Shown: positions 22,635-32,365, numbered from the stretch's first letter. The stretch is DNA of 59,707 nucleotides from a virus (IMGVR_UViG_3300045988_124470:1-59707); one strand, 5' to 3'. The notes: a model not told the origin generated them from the letters alone. Translations and numbers: made by a program.

Positions 22635-22746
22635 ATTTATACCAGCTGAGAATTAGGTTGATTATACCTTGTCTGCCAATCCCGGTAATCTTTCTATGGT
22701 AGATAATATGACCGTTGTCGGCAACTTCTTGCTTTATATCAAATTG

Positions 22747-23286
22747 CTATTTAAAGTTATATTTAGACAATATATACTTTATATCTTCGTCAGATAAATG
22801 ATACCATTCTCCGCGTATATGCTTAATAGAAAAATAATCATGAAGTTCTTTCTCCACCAACTTATCACACACTTTGAATAAAGAGATTGTCGGTTTTTCA
22901 GACTGTAACGTACGTTCTCTTTTTTTAGGATGTATAGACTTCCCTATTTTTGTAAATCCCGTATTTTCATCTTTCATAAGATAAGTTTGGCATTTATTTT
23001 TTTTGTAAGAACGTACTTTCTGTAATTTCAAGGCTGTATTTGCGCTAATTACAGCATCACGTAACAACCAATAATATTTGTTCTCAATAGACAAATAGTC
23101 AAGCAATAATATAAGTTTTTCACTGAATTTATCGTTTTTTGAATTATAAGCTATAGCCAACAACTCATAAACATTAAAAGAACGTTCTCCTTCTTCATCT
23201 TTATAAACCAATAATGGTTCTTCACTTGTTCCGGCTACTCTAACTTCACCGAAAGCCTCATTCTTAAAAATCTGAATGTTGTTCAC
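22747..23286 (-). CDS. Bro-N-like / T5orf172 (GIY-YIG-like) domain protein
   Basis: N-terminus IQIFKNEAFGEVRV (Bro-N style). C-terminus YLMKDENTGFTKIGKS...EKELHDYF...RGEWYHL (T5orf172 pattern). Confidence 0.55.
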   Translation of the reverse strand: MNNIQIFKNEAFGEVRVAGTSEEPLLVYKDEEGERSFNVYELLAIAYNSKNDKFSEKLILLLDYLSIENKYYWLLRDAVISANTALKLQKVRSYKKNKCQTYLMKDENTGFTKIGKSIHPKKRERTLQSEKPTISLFKVCDKLVEKELHDYFSIKHIRGEWYHLSDEDIKYILSKYNFK

Positions 23287-23617
23287 AATAATGTCTTCAC
23301 GTCCGAGAAACGTTCCGTGCTCCTTTACACGGAGATAAAAAGGCGAAAGCTATGCAGGGGGTTGTGACCTACACAGCTTTCTATATCTTAATCCTCTGAT
23401 TAATTCTAATTTTCATAAGTACAACCCAATGCAGTGCAAATATAACAATAATTCTCAAAAGTTATGTTTAAGAGTTATGTTTTTCTATTAAAAGATAGGT
23501 GCAAATATGCCCCTCTTATGAACAATGAATAATTGATATTCAAGGAACCCGCCAGCCGTATTACTGGCGGGGTATCATAACGTGAACGTTGGTCGAAACC
23601 TCAACGTGCATTTTACA

Positions 23618-23821
23618 CTATCTGTTTATGCGGCAATTATTTCCTAATCTTTTCTTCATTTCGGTTATTGAACTATCCAAAGCGGCAATCATCCTCTCAT
23701 AGTCCTTATGTGATGCGGCTACATTATTCGCTATCACATTGCCAAGTTCCTCGATAGAGGCGCAAATATCGCCTACAAGTTGTTTGTTTTCTTCCATGAT
23801 ATTAATAGTTAAGTTAATCAC
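23618..23821 (-). CDS. Hypothetical protein (67 aa)
   Basis: ORF track. Confidence 0.5.
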   Translation of the reverse strand: MINLTINIMEENKQLVGDICASIEELGNVIANNVAASHKDYERMIAALDSSITEMKKRLGNNCRINR

Positions 23822-24128
23822 CTACGTAATGAGAACCGAAACGCCCTTTGCTGTTATTGGTATAGTAAGCAGATGCCGGGATTGACAAATCATCATAAGA
23901 ACTTCTTCCGGCAGGCTTGTATCTTTTTGCTTCTTCTCTCAATCTATCAGCGAATGCCTTGTTGTCAGCAGCCTTATAGTCTACGATATTAGCTATATCT
24001 TCTTTGACACGTACCGAGAACTTCGCCATTTTCCAGGATTTTTTTAGGCTTTCAGACCAGGTGTATTTGCCCGTCTTGTAGAAGTTGTGAGCCCTTTTCA
24101 TTATCTCTGATAAATTGTAGTGTTTCAT
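23814..24128 (-). CDS. Hypothetical protein (104 aa)
   Basis: ORF track. Confidence 0.55.
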   Translation of the reverse strand: MKHYNLSEIMKRAHNFYKTGKYTWSESLKKSWKMAKFSVRVKEDIANIVDYKAADNKAFADRLREEAKRYKPAGRSSYDDLSIPASAYYTNNSKGRFGSHYVGD

Positions 24129-24296
24129 ATCTTATAGCTTTTTGTTTAACTTTGATGAAACAAATGTAAGTAGTTTATATTACATTGCAAAACAAAATGA
24201 TAAATAAAATACTTTCACTTAACAATATTTTGTAAGTACTTCGTTTTACGAATTCAATTTTAATGTATATTTGTACAGTATTAAAGATATTGAGAC

Positions 24297-24563
24297 ATGA
24301 ATAGAATAAAGGAAATATTAAAAGAGCAAGGTGTTACTATAAATGAACTTGCTGATAAATTAGGAATAAGTAGGGTAACATTATCTACCCAAATAAATGG
24401 TACTGCAAACATAGTATCTTACGAAAAGATAGCCACCGCCCTAAACGTTCCTATGTGGCAGCTATTTGCTTCACCGGAAGAAATAGCCAAGCAGGCAAAG
24501 AACGACTTATGCCCGCATTGTGGGATGCCAATATCTATTAAAACAATGATAGAGAAGGTATAA
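24297..24563 (+). CDS. XRE/Cro-type HTH transcriptional regulator
   Basis: GVTINELADKLGISRVTLSTQING...; a perfect -7 box TAtaTTTG lies upstream (24271-24278). Confidence 0.75.
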   Translation: MNRIKEILKEQGVTINELADKLGISRVTLSTQINGTANIVSYEKIATALNVPMWQLFASPEEIAKQAKNDLCPHCGMPISIKTMIEKV

Positions 24564-24725
24564 ATATTATTTATAATCAGTCTAAATTACAAAGAAATCA
24601 GTTTCATATTTTGGTTACATCCTTATTTCTGCTTTACTTTGTAGCCGAAAGATTGTATTATGAAGTATAATGCTAAAATTATGCTGTAACCGTAATGTTA
24701 TTAACAATGCTCATAGCGTTGTTAG

Positions 24726-24977
24726 ATGGCGTTATGTTTAAAATATGTCGTTCGTTCTTATAGTATCATAGTATCAAAGAGTATGGGAAGTGTTATAGAA
24801 AACAAGAAAGTTAAAGTTATTACAAAAAATCGCCAAGTAAAAACTAAAGGCGATAGATTAGGGTGGACTTTAAGAAGCGAAGTTAAGCATGTTCCTTTAC
24901 GTGAAATCGCTGGTAGAGGAAAAATTGTTAATGAAACATGCTGTTTTATTTCGACCACTGCAAAAATGATTATGTAA
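24726..24977 (+). CDS. Uncertain ORF (83 aa)
   Basis: ORF track; abuts the next gene (TAAATG); composition is unconvincing at the N-terminus. Confidence 0.3.
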   Translation: MALCLKYVVRSYSIIVSKSMGSVIENKKVKVITKNRQVKTKGDRLGWTLRSEVKHVPLREIAGRGKIVNETCCFISTTAKMIM

Positions 24978-25541
24978 ATGTTCGATAGAATCCAACCATT
25001 TGAATTAAAATATATACAGAAAGCGTCTCCTAAAGAAGGGGACGCTTTTGATTTTTCATTGATATATAAATTTTATACTGATAGGACAAAGGAATATCAG
25101 AGATTAAAATATATAATCCGAGCAGAAGCTTATGAAGATGTTTTTGCAATAAAATTCTATGCTGCGAGAGATAGGAGATTAGATAATAAATATAATAGAA
25201 TTATCAAGGCTCATGGTTATAAGGGAGCAATGGGGATATTTATTACCTGTGCTTCAGTAATTCCTATGATTATCGAAAAATATCCTAATGCTTCTTTTGC
25301 TGTAAATGGAGCAGAAAGTATGGATATGGAAAGTGATAAAGTGGAAAGCAGATCAAACAACCAAAGATTCAGAATATATAAAAAAATAGCTTTAAACTTA
25401 TTCGGAAGGAAAAAGTTCGAACACATCGAATATGAAAACGTAAGCTCTTATATTCTTGTGAATAGAAATAGCTGCCAAGATGTTCAAGAGAAGGCGGAAT
25501 ATATTAAGGAAATGTTTTTTAGCAGAGGATTTGAAGAGTAG
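24978..25541 (+). CDS. Hypothetical protein (187 aa), moron next to attP
   Basis: ORF track; no recognisable motif. Confidence 0.65.
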   Translation: MFDRIQPFELKYIQKASPKEGDAFDFSLIYKFYTDRTKEYQRLKYIIRAEAYEDVFAIKFYAARDRRLDNKYNRIIKAHGYKGAMGIFITCASVIPMIIEKYPNASFAVNGAESMDMESDKVESRSNNQRFRIYKKIALNLFGRKKFEHIEYENVSSYILVNRNSCQDVQEKAEYIKEMFFSRGFEE

Positions 25542-25656
25542 AGTTAGGGCGTTGTTGAATAGGGCTGAATGCAAATTTTATTATGTAAATTGTATGCAAA
25601 TGATTTTTGTATGTAGTATAAATATTTGATATACAGTCTTGTGTGTGTGATAAAAT

Positions 25657-25705
25657 ACAGCTTCCCAAGCTGAGGGTCGCGGGTTCGAATCCCGTTTTCC
25701 GCTCC
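25657..25705 (+). other. attP core: 3' portion of a tRNA-Gly(CCC) gene (not a complete tRNA)
   Basis: The anticodon arm cagc-TTCCCAA-gctg, T-arm gcggg-ttcgaat-cccgt and acceptor 3' strand tttccgc are present. There is no matching 5' acceptor or D-arm upstream. The integrase gene lies 168 nt downstream. Confidence 0.7.
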
Positions 25706-25712
25706 TTTGAAA

Positions 25713-25751
25713 ATCAGGTAGTTATGTGTAAATTAACTACCTGATTTTTTT
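25713..25751 (+). terminator. Rho-independent terminator following the tRNA fragment
   Basis: 11-bp stem atcaggtagtt/aactacctgat followed by tttttt. Confidence 0.8.
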
Positions 25752-25872
25752 ATATATGCTGAATAACATACCCCTTTTAAACCCTTTTAGACCCTTTTAA
25801 TCCTACCTTTGTATGCAAATTCTATGCAAATTTCGGATTTGCATAAGTACAACTCATAACTGATATAATTGT

Positions 25873-27081
25873 ATGGCAACGGTTAAATTCTACCTTGATA
25901 AAAGAAGGCAAAAAAAAGATGGCACTTATCCAATAAAGTTGAATGTATTTCACAACAAACAAATAATGATAGCTACGCAGCTAAGTGCTTCAGAGAAAGA
26001 ATGGGCTGGTAACGAATATTCTACAAAGGCACAAAACTATAAACCAAGAAACGTAGTTGCCCGTGGAATAATAAACAAGGCGGAAACAGTAATATTGACG
26101 TTGGAACAACAAGGGAAGCTAAAGTCAACAACGGACACATCGTTAAAGAAGATGATAGAAGATGCTATATGCAATAAGATTGAAAGCCACAAAACGTTTC
26201 TCTATTACCTTGATGAATTTATGTCCAAGAAAACCAACCAGGGTACTAAAACCATATACACAACCACAAGAAACAAGATTGAAGAATACGATAGCCATTG
26301 TACATTTGAAAGCATGGATAAGTCATGGCTGGAACACTTTGAAGCATGGATGGCAAAAACCATGAAGGTTAACGCCTATGCTATTCATCTACGGAATATA
26401 CGCACTGTATTCAACTATGCCATTGATGAGGAATACACGACATTGTATCCGTTCAGAAGATTTTCAATTAAAAAAGAGGAGACAAGAAAACGTTCTCTGA
26501 CTGTAGAGCAGTTAGCTACATTACGAGATTACCCATGTGAGGAATATCAGATAAGATATAGAGATATATTCATGCTCATGTTTTATCTTATAGGGGTAAA
26601 TGCAGCCGATTTGTTTAACGCAAAACATTCCGCATTGGTAAATGGTCGTTTTGAATATAAGAGGGCTAAGACGGGGAAATTATACAGCATAAAAGTGGAA
26701 CCGGAAGCGCAGGCTATAATTGAGAAATACAAAGGGAAGGATTATCTTCTTAATATAATGGACGAATACGGAAATTACAAGGATTTCCTACATCGTATGG
26801 GAATAGGATTAAAACAGATTGGAGAGACAGAGAGGAAAGGATTGGGCGGAAAAAAGAGTAGAAATCCTCTATTCCCTGATTTGTCCTCGTACTGGGCAAG
26901 ACACACATGGGCTACGGTAGCGGCAGAACTCGATATTCCCAAAGAGGTAATCGCCCATGCACTCGGGCATAGCTGGGCGAACAGTACAACGACCGACATC
27001 TATATCCGATTTGATACTAAAAAAGTAGATGAAGCCAATCGTAAGGTTATTGATTATGTGAATATTATAAAAAAGCAATAA
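25873..27081 (+). CDS. int: Tyrosine recombinase / phage integrase
   Basis: 402 aa; C-terminal catalytic region YWARHTWATVAAELDIP..VIAHALGHS...TDIY (R..H..R/H..Y); adjacent to the tRNA-derived attP. Confidence 0.9.
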   Translation: MATVKFYLDKRRQKKDGTYPIKLNVFHNKQIMIATQLSASEKEWAGNEYSTKAQNYKPRNVVARGIINKAETVILTLEQQGKLKSTTDTSLKKMIEDAICNKIESHKTFLYYLDEFMSKKTNQGTKTIYTTTRNKIEEYDSHCTFESMDKSWLEHFEAWMAKTMKVNAYAIHLRNIRTVFNYAIDEEYTTLYPFRRFSIKKEETRKRSLTVEQLATLRDYPCEEYQIRYRDIFMLMFYLIGVNAADLFNAKHSALVNGRFEYKRAKTGKLYSIKVEPEAQAIIEKYKGKDYLLNIMDEYGNYKDFLHRMGIGLKQIGETERKGLGGKKSRNPLFPDLSSYWARHTWATVAAELDIPKEVIAHALGHSWANSTTTDIYIRFDTKKVDEANRKVIDYVNIIKKQ

Positions 27082-27109
27082 AAGAATAGGAAGAGAAATA
27101 CACCCCTCC

Positions 27110-27313
27110 CTATTCTTCTACAAAATCAATCCTATAATTCAATGCTTGCGCTATCTTGGAAAGGAGGTCTATTCCCGTACTGTACTTTCCAAGCTCTATC
27201 CGCGCTATATTGCCGGGAGCAATGCCGGTTAACTCGGAGAGCTGCGCTTGCGATATTCCTTTTTGCTTGCGGATTTCCGCTATCCGCTTGCCTATTCGTT
27301 CTCTGTCATTCAT
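27110..27313 (-). CDS. XRE-type HTH transcriptional regulator
   Basis: IAEIRKQKGISQAQLSELTGIAPGNIARIELGK. Confidence 0.8.
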   Translation of the reverse strand: MNDRERIGKRIAEIRKQKGISQAQLSELTGIAPGNIARIELGKYSTGIDLLSKIAQALNYRIDFVEE

Positions 27314-27317
27314 GGGG

Positions 27318-27524
27318 CTATCTGATTACTGCATCCTCTATTCTCGCAGGATACAGTCTACCTAATTCATCCTTGACATTATTTCTTTCCAAATCAATAG
27401 TCAACCCTTCAAGATTGATGCCGGCTTCTTCTGCCAATTCCTTTACGTGTTCTTCATCACGGGCGATTGCGTGATAAAGGATAGTACTGTAATGTTCTTC
27501 GTCGTAGATATTATAGCTATTCAA
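27318..27524 (-). CDS. Small acidic hypothetical protein, co-oriented with the HTH gene
   Basis: 68 aa; 4-nt gap to the downstream HTH gene. Confidence 0.55.
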   Translation of the reverse strand: MNSYNIYDEEHYSTILYHAIARDEEHVKELAEEAGINLEGLTIDLERNNVKDELGRLYPARIEDAVIR

Positions 27525-27618
27525 ATATTTGAATGATTATTTTGTGTGTTATAAAACACAGTTGCAAATGAAATGCTTAAGAAGTTAAATGCATGTTATA
27601 ATTGCAATATATTTTTAT

Positions 27619-27651
27619 TATCTTTGCAAAAGCATGTCAAGTGGCATGCTT
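27619..27651 (+). promoter_or_regulatory. Late promoter/leader-hairpin module copy D (upstream of terS)
   Basis: -7 box TAtcTTTG (27619-27626); hairpin aagcatg-TCAAGTGG-catgctt (27630-27651); ATG 20 nt downstream. Confidence 0.6.
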
Positions 27652-27670
27652 CCCATACTGACGAAAAGAC

Positions 27671-28219
27671 ATGAAAAAACTTACAATCAAACAAGAGAAT
27701 TTTTGCAACTACTACATCGAAAGCGGTAATACTTCCGATGCCTATCGTCGTGCCTATTCGTGCGAGAAGATGAAAGATAAACAAGTGTGGGAAGAATCTT
27801 GTAAGTTGTTGTCCAACCCAAAGGTAGCCCAAAGGGTCAAAGAGTTGCAGGAGGAACAAAAAAACAAATCGGATATAACTAAAGAACGCATTCTGCAAGA
27901 ATTGTCCGGTATAGCTTTCTCATCCATTGCCAGCATGCACAACACATGGATAGAGCGTAAAGAATTTGATGAACTCTCTGACAAAGAGAAATCGGCAATA
28001 AAAAGTATATCTACCAAAATATTGAAAAAAAATATTGGAACAAGTGACGCCCCGGAAATTGTAGATGTCGAATATGTGAAGATAGAACTTTATGACAAGA
28101 TAAAGGCTATTGAGCGTATATGTAAAATGCTTGGGTTTGATGAACCTACCGAAATAGAGATGAATACCAGCAAACCCATAAGCGTTGAGGAAGCAAAAAA
28201 ACTGATAGAAAAGTTATGA
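27671..28219 (+). CDS. terS: Terminase small subunit
   Basis: LTIKQENFCNYYIESGNTSDAYRRAY is the Terminase_2-type N-terminus; overlaps terL by 4 nt. Confidence 0.8.
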   Translation: MKKLTIKQENFCNYYIESGNTSDAYRRAYSCEKMKDKQVWEESCKLLSNPKVAQRVKELQEEQKNKSDITKERILQELSGIAFSSIASMHNTWIERKEFDELSDKEKSAIKSISTKILKKNIGTSDAPEIVDVEYVKIELYDKIKAIERICKMLGFDEPTEIEMNTSKPISVEEAKKLIEKL

Positions 28220-30096
28220 TGGATGGTGTACGGTATCTACAAGCATTCTGCATGTCTGGTGTCCTTAACTATACAAAATTGCTTTTCAAAAGCAAAACGG
28301 GACGCAGGTTTGTGGTGAGCAGGCATCACAAACGTATATGCAATGCACTGGATGATGTCATTTCCGGAAAAATCCGAAAGCTGATAATCAATATTGCACC
28401 ACGTTATGGGAAGACGGAGCTGGCTGTAAAAAACTTCATATCTTACGGGCTGGCGCTCAATCCTTCTTCCAAATTCATCCACCTTTCATACTCTGACGAT
28501 TTAGCCCATGATAATTCAGAAGAGATAAGGGACATCGTTAAATCGGAAGAGTATCAGCGGCTATTTCCGTATGTTCAGATAAAGCGAGGTACGGATAGTA
28601 AGAAGAAATGGAACACCACTGCTGGCGGTGGTGTATATGCCGTATCAACAGGCGGGCAGATAACGGGGTTTGGTGCCGGAGAGGTAGACGATATAGATGA
28701 TAAGGAAATAGGGGCGGAAATAGACAGCATATCAAAAGAAGCAAGATTTGCCGGTGCTATTGTGATAGATGACCCAATCAAACCGGAAGACGCTCTATCT
28801 GACGTAAAGAGGGAGAAAATCAACCAGCGGTTTGAAACGACCATACGTAACCGTGTAAACAGCAGGAACACACCTATTATTATCATCATGCAACGGCTGC
28901 ATGAAAACGACTTGTGCGGTTATCTTATGAAGACAGAACCCGGCGAATGGACTGTCCTCTCACTGCCTGCCATAGAGAATGAAGCGGATGGGAAGGAAGT
29001 ACCTCTATGGGATTTCAAGCATACGCTGGATGAATTGCACCACCTTAATAAAATAAACCCTTTTACCTTTGAGACGCAATACATGCAAAATCCCACCCCG
29101 ATGGTGGGACTTATGTATGGCGTATTCAAAACTTATAAGGAAATACCATACACCAACCGGGCTATCCGGAAGAACTACACCGATACCGCTGATACAGGCA
29201 TCGACAAGCTATGTTCCATAGATTATATAGATACAGAAATCGGCAACTTCATTTTAAATGTTCTATATACGGATGCTCCTATGGAAGTTACGGAGCCGAA
29301 AGTCGCAACCATGCTTGCCAAGGACGGAATAACCGTGGCTAATATCGAAAGCAATAACGGCGGGCGTGGCTTTGCCCGAAATGTGGAGAAGCAATCACGT
29401 ATCATTGGAAATGATGAAACAGAAATAAAATGGTTCCACCAATCCGGAAATAAAGAGGTGAGAATTTTCACCCGCTCTGCCGAAGTGATGAACCTCACAT
29501 ATATGCCTGAAGGCTGGGAAACTCTTTTCCCGGAATTTCATGCGGAGATAAAGTCTTTCAGGAAGTTCGGGAAGAATGCACATGATGACGGTGCGGATGC
29601 TCTTACCGGAACTGTTGAAAAGCGTGGGGAATTTGAATATGACAGTTATGATGACGGTGCGGCAGTTCTCTCCGGTATTCCGATTGTAGAAATACATCCA
29701 CTGCTTAATGGAAGATTCGTCCATGCTAAAGCGTACATAGTGGATGGGGCGGTATATGTGGACGACGCATACATAGGAGAGCCGCTTCCTATCGAAGCGG
29801 TTAAGACATTTGTATCAGGTGCAGATGTGAATATTGAGGTTTCGCAGGCGATGCTTCATTATGTACGCGATTATAGAGCAGAAATAGGAGATGTCTGGGC
29901 AAGGCAGGAGAATGCAGGGAAAATAGCTTATATTGAAGCTTTTCGAGGATTAGTCCGAGGATTTAAATTTAAGAGAGACAATAAGATGTCATTGTTTATG
30001 CGTAATCTAATGGATTACGATGGCAAGGACGTATATGAAGCAATGTATGTATTGTGCTGTATAGCGGATAGGATAAAAAGAAAATTAAAAAAGTAA
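28216..30096 (+). CDS. terL: Terminase large subunit
   Basis: Walker A APRYGKTE, Walker B IVIDDP, nuclease-domain motifs DTADTG / HDDGADALT; 626 aa with a ~130-aa C-terminal extension. Confidence 0.85.
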   Translation: MMDGVRYLQAFCMSGVLNYTKLLFKSKTGRRFVVSRHHKRICNALDDVISGKIRKLIINIAPRYGKTELAVKNFISYGLALNPSSKFIHLSYSDDLAHDNSEEIRDIVKSEEYQRLFPYVQIKRGTDSKKKWNTTAGGGVYAVSTGGQITGFGAGEVDDIDDKEIGAEIDSISKEARFAGAIVIDDPIKPEDALSDVKREKINQRFETTIRNRVNSRNTPIIIIMQRLHENDLCGYLMKTEPGEWTVLSLPAIENEADGKEVPLWDFKHTLDELHHLNKINPFTFETQYMQNPTPMVGLMYGVFKTYKEIPYTNRAIRKNYTDTADTGIDKLCSIDYIDTEIGNFILNVLYTDAPMEVTEPKVATMLAKDGITVANIESNNGGRGFARNVEKQSRIIGNDETEIKWFHQSGNKEVRIFTRSAEVMNLTYMPEGWETLFPEFHAEIKSFRKFGKNAHDDGADALTGTVEKRGEFEYDSYDDGAAVLSGIPIVEIHPLLNGRFVHAKAYIVDGAVYVDDAYIGEPLPIEAVKTFVSGADVNIEVSQAMLHYVRDYRAEIGDVWARQENAGKIAYIEAFRGLVRGFKFKRDNKMSLFMRNLMDYDGKDVYEAMYVLCCIADRIKRKLKK

Positions 30097-30115
30097 TCGA
30101 AAAAAGATTGTTTGC

Positions 30116-30187
30116 TATTTGGAATTAGTCTAAATAATATGTATATTTGCACCCGTAGGGTCACTACAAGCGTGTGAAGTTGCACGC
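30116..30187 (+). promoter_or_regulatory. Late promoter/leader-hairpin module copy A (upstream of portal)
   Basis: -33 TTTG (30118-30121), -7 TAtaTTTG (30142-30149), hairpin gcgtg-TGAAGTTG-cacgc (30170-30187). The 35-nt promoter core is near-identical to 44153-44187. Confidence 0.65.
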
Positions 30188-30261
30188 AACCGTATAAATG
30201 GACTAAAACACTAAATATATGGGAGTGGCCGCATTCATTTGCTGTCACTCCTGCTTTGTAT

Positions 30262-31626
30262 ATGGGCATATTTACTAAAATTTGGAAGCCGAAAAATAGA
30301 AAATCTATTCCGATGTATGACAGTGTAAATCGGGTAGAAAAGGATGCAGCAGGAAACTACTGGTTTTTATCTGATTTATTTGGTGCTCGTTCCAGATGGA
30401 AAGTATATTATGACATGACTAATAATTCAGATAAAGCTGAGGCGCTTATTTCTTGCACTCCTTTTTTTACTGTAGTTGATAAAATCGGTTCCATGATGTC
30501 CCGTGGTGTTCCTTACGTTGTTGATAAAGACGGGAATGAAAAAAGAACTTATGCTGATATACGAAATATTCTCCACAATCCCAATCCGTTGCAAACATTT
30601 TCTTCGTTTGTAAAGCAGGCTGAGATATGCCTTAAAGTTTTCGGATATTGTCCTATTGTTCTTGTGAGGGCTACAGAAAAAAGCGTTCCCAAAGCGATGT
30701 GGATAGTTCCCCCTGAAATATTCCATATAGAGGGAACGGGTAAGGTGTTTCGTCAGTATGAATTGAAGGATATTGTATCGAGTACATATATTGACTGCAA
30801 CGGACGGCGGATGGAATTGGAAGATTATGAATACATAATAGTATATGACAGCAATATCCTTGTTGAGAGCGGCAGGAGTGCAGATGTTAAATTCGAGTCT
30901 GTTTCAGACAGTTTGTCGCAGCCTATATCCAACTGGATAGCTTCCATGTCGGCAAGCTATACATTACTTGTAAACGGCGGCCCTAAAGGCGTACTCTATA
31001 ACGACTACACAGACCAAATGGGTAATGTTGCTCTTTCTTCAGAAGATGAAAAGGAGATAAAAGACAGTTTTAAACGCAATTACGGATTGGTGAACAAGGA
31101 ATACCCCATTTTGGTGACACGTTATAAATTAGGATGGCTTCCCCTTGATTTTGATGCCGATAAATTAAAGCTTCATGAAGAAGATAAAAGATGTACGGAT
31201 AAGATTGCCAATGCAATGGGAATAAATGCCAACCTGTTCACAGATGCCAAATATGATAATCTTGAAAGCGCCGGAAAAAAGGCTTATCAAGATGTGATTA
31301 TTCCAGATAGCCGAAAGATAGCAGAATGTCTTTCAAAAGCTATATGCCCAGAGGGTGTTTTTATTAAGATTGATTTTGCAGACGTTGAATGTCTTCAAAC
31401 TAACAAAGAGGCAGAAGCAAATACATTGGTTAAAGTGGCCGATGCCATGCAAAGGTTATTGGACAAGTCTTTGATAACGCATGATGAAGCCCGTGTAGAA
31501 ATCGCAAGATATATAGACATTGACCCGGATAATCCCAAGGGAGATTTTGACAACAATACAGCAAACAGCGTATCTTCTGAGAACAACATCAATAATAGCA
31601 AAGAGAATGGAAAAAAAGATGAATAA
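30262..31626 (+). CDS. Portal protein (ATG at 30262; the track start 30256 is TTG)
   Basis: About 454 aa, immediately after terL and before the prohead protease. Confidence 0.7.
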   Translation: MGIFTKIWKPKNRKSIPMYDSVNRVEKDAAGNYWFLSDLFGARSRWKVYYDMTNNSDKAEALISCTPFFTVVDKIGSMMSRGVPYVVDKDGNEKRTYADIRNILHNPNPLQTFSSFVKQAEICLKVFGYCPIVLVRATEKSVPKAMWIVPPEIFHIEGTGKVFRQYELKDIVSSTYIDCNGRRMELEDYEYIIVYDSNILVESGRSADVKFESVSDSLSQPISNWIASMSASYTLLVNGGPKGVLYNDYTDQMGNVALSSEDEKEIKDSFKRNYGLVNKEYPILVTRYKLGWLPLDFDADKLKLHEEDKRCTDKIANAMGINANLFTDAKYDNLESAGKKAYQDVIIPDSRKIAECLSKAICPEGVFIKIDFADVECLQTNKEAEANTLVKVADAMQRLLDKSLITHDEARVEIARYIDIDPDNPKGDFDNNTANSVSSENNINNSKENGKKDE

Positions 31627-32365
31627 ATACAAAGATAAAATGGGGATGCAATATAAATTATTCTCCATTAACTCAAAAGATGTCCAATATAGCCCCGAAA
31701 GCCGGACTATCAGCGGGTATGCTGCGATATTCGGAAATAAGGACAAGGCTCACGATATTTTATTGAAGGGTTGCTTCTCAAAAAGCATTAATGAAAGAGG
31801 CCCACAAAGCCAAGCAAACGACAAAATTATACTTCTTTGGATGCACGATCTGTCAGAGCCTTTGGGATTTATTACTGAATTAAAGGAAGATGATAGAGGG
31901 CTTTATTTTGAGGCGCGCATTGATGAGATTGAACTTGGAGATAGAGCCATAAAGCAACTTGAATCAGGCACGCTTAATCAATTCTCTATTGGCTATGAGT
32001 ATGTATGGGAAAAATGTGAATGGGATTATGAAAAAGAGGCTTTGATTGTTAGAGAGGTTAAGCTATATGAAATATCAGTAGTGTCAATTGGTTGCAATGG
32101 AGAAACCGAGTATCTGGGGTTAAAGTCAATTGAAGACTATGAAAATTCTTATAAGGATTTAAGCAGTGAAATTTCCTCGTTATGCAAAAATATGAGCATG
32201 TCTAAGCAACTGCGTTTGCAAAAAATTATAGCCAAAGCAATGTCACTTGCATCTTTTAGGCCGGACAGTGTTATACCAGTTCCACCCAAAGAGAAGGAAG
32301 CCGGCAGTAATGGCAAAACGGAAGAAAAATCATTATGTAATTTATTAAAACTAAAATCGGTATGA
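31619..32365 (+). CDS. HK97-family prohead protease (start trimmed to Met at 31619)
   Basis: ISGYAAIFGNKDKAHDILLKGCF...LLWMHD...PLG...EDDRGLYFEA...FSIGY...LYEISVVSIG matches the S78/U35 protease pattern. Confidence 0.8.
   Translation: MNKYKDKMGMQYKLFSINSKDVQYSPESRTISGYAAIFGNKDKAHDILLKGCFSKSINERGPQSQANDKIILLWMHDLSEPLGFITELKEDDRGLYFEARIDEIELGDRAIKQLESGTLNQFSIGYEYVWEKCEWDYEKEALIVREVKLYEISVVSIGCNGETEYLGLKSIEDYENSYKDLSSEISSLCKNMSMSKQLRLQKIIAKAMSLASFRPDSVIPVPPKEKEAGSNGKTEEKSLCNLLKLKSV

Noticed and set aside
25657-25705. Possible complete tRNA-Gly gene
   Set aside because: Only the anticodon arm, T-arm and acceptor 3' strand are present. The required 5' acceptor strand (gcggaaa) and D-arm are absent upstream. 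It is interpreted as the attP core.
25772-25801. Possible CRISPR-like or other array
   Set aside because: There are only three tandem 10-bp units (CCCTTTTAnA) with no spacers. They fit protein-binding sites in attP. No CRISPR array exists anywhere in the window.
27110-27524. The acidic 68-aa protein plus XRE HTH as a HigBA-type toxin-antitoxin pair
   Set aside because: The upstream protein is acidic and lacks RelE/HigB-like basic motifs. There is no support beyond gene order, so no TA call was made.
30015-30269. Minus-strand ORFs 30015..30269 and 44082..44273, which share ...LFRLIPN...
   Set aside because: The similarity comes from reading the repeated late-promoter core (30116-30150 and 44153-44187) on the antisense strand. 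Both lie in intergenic regions of a + strand operon.
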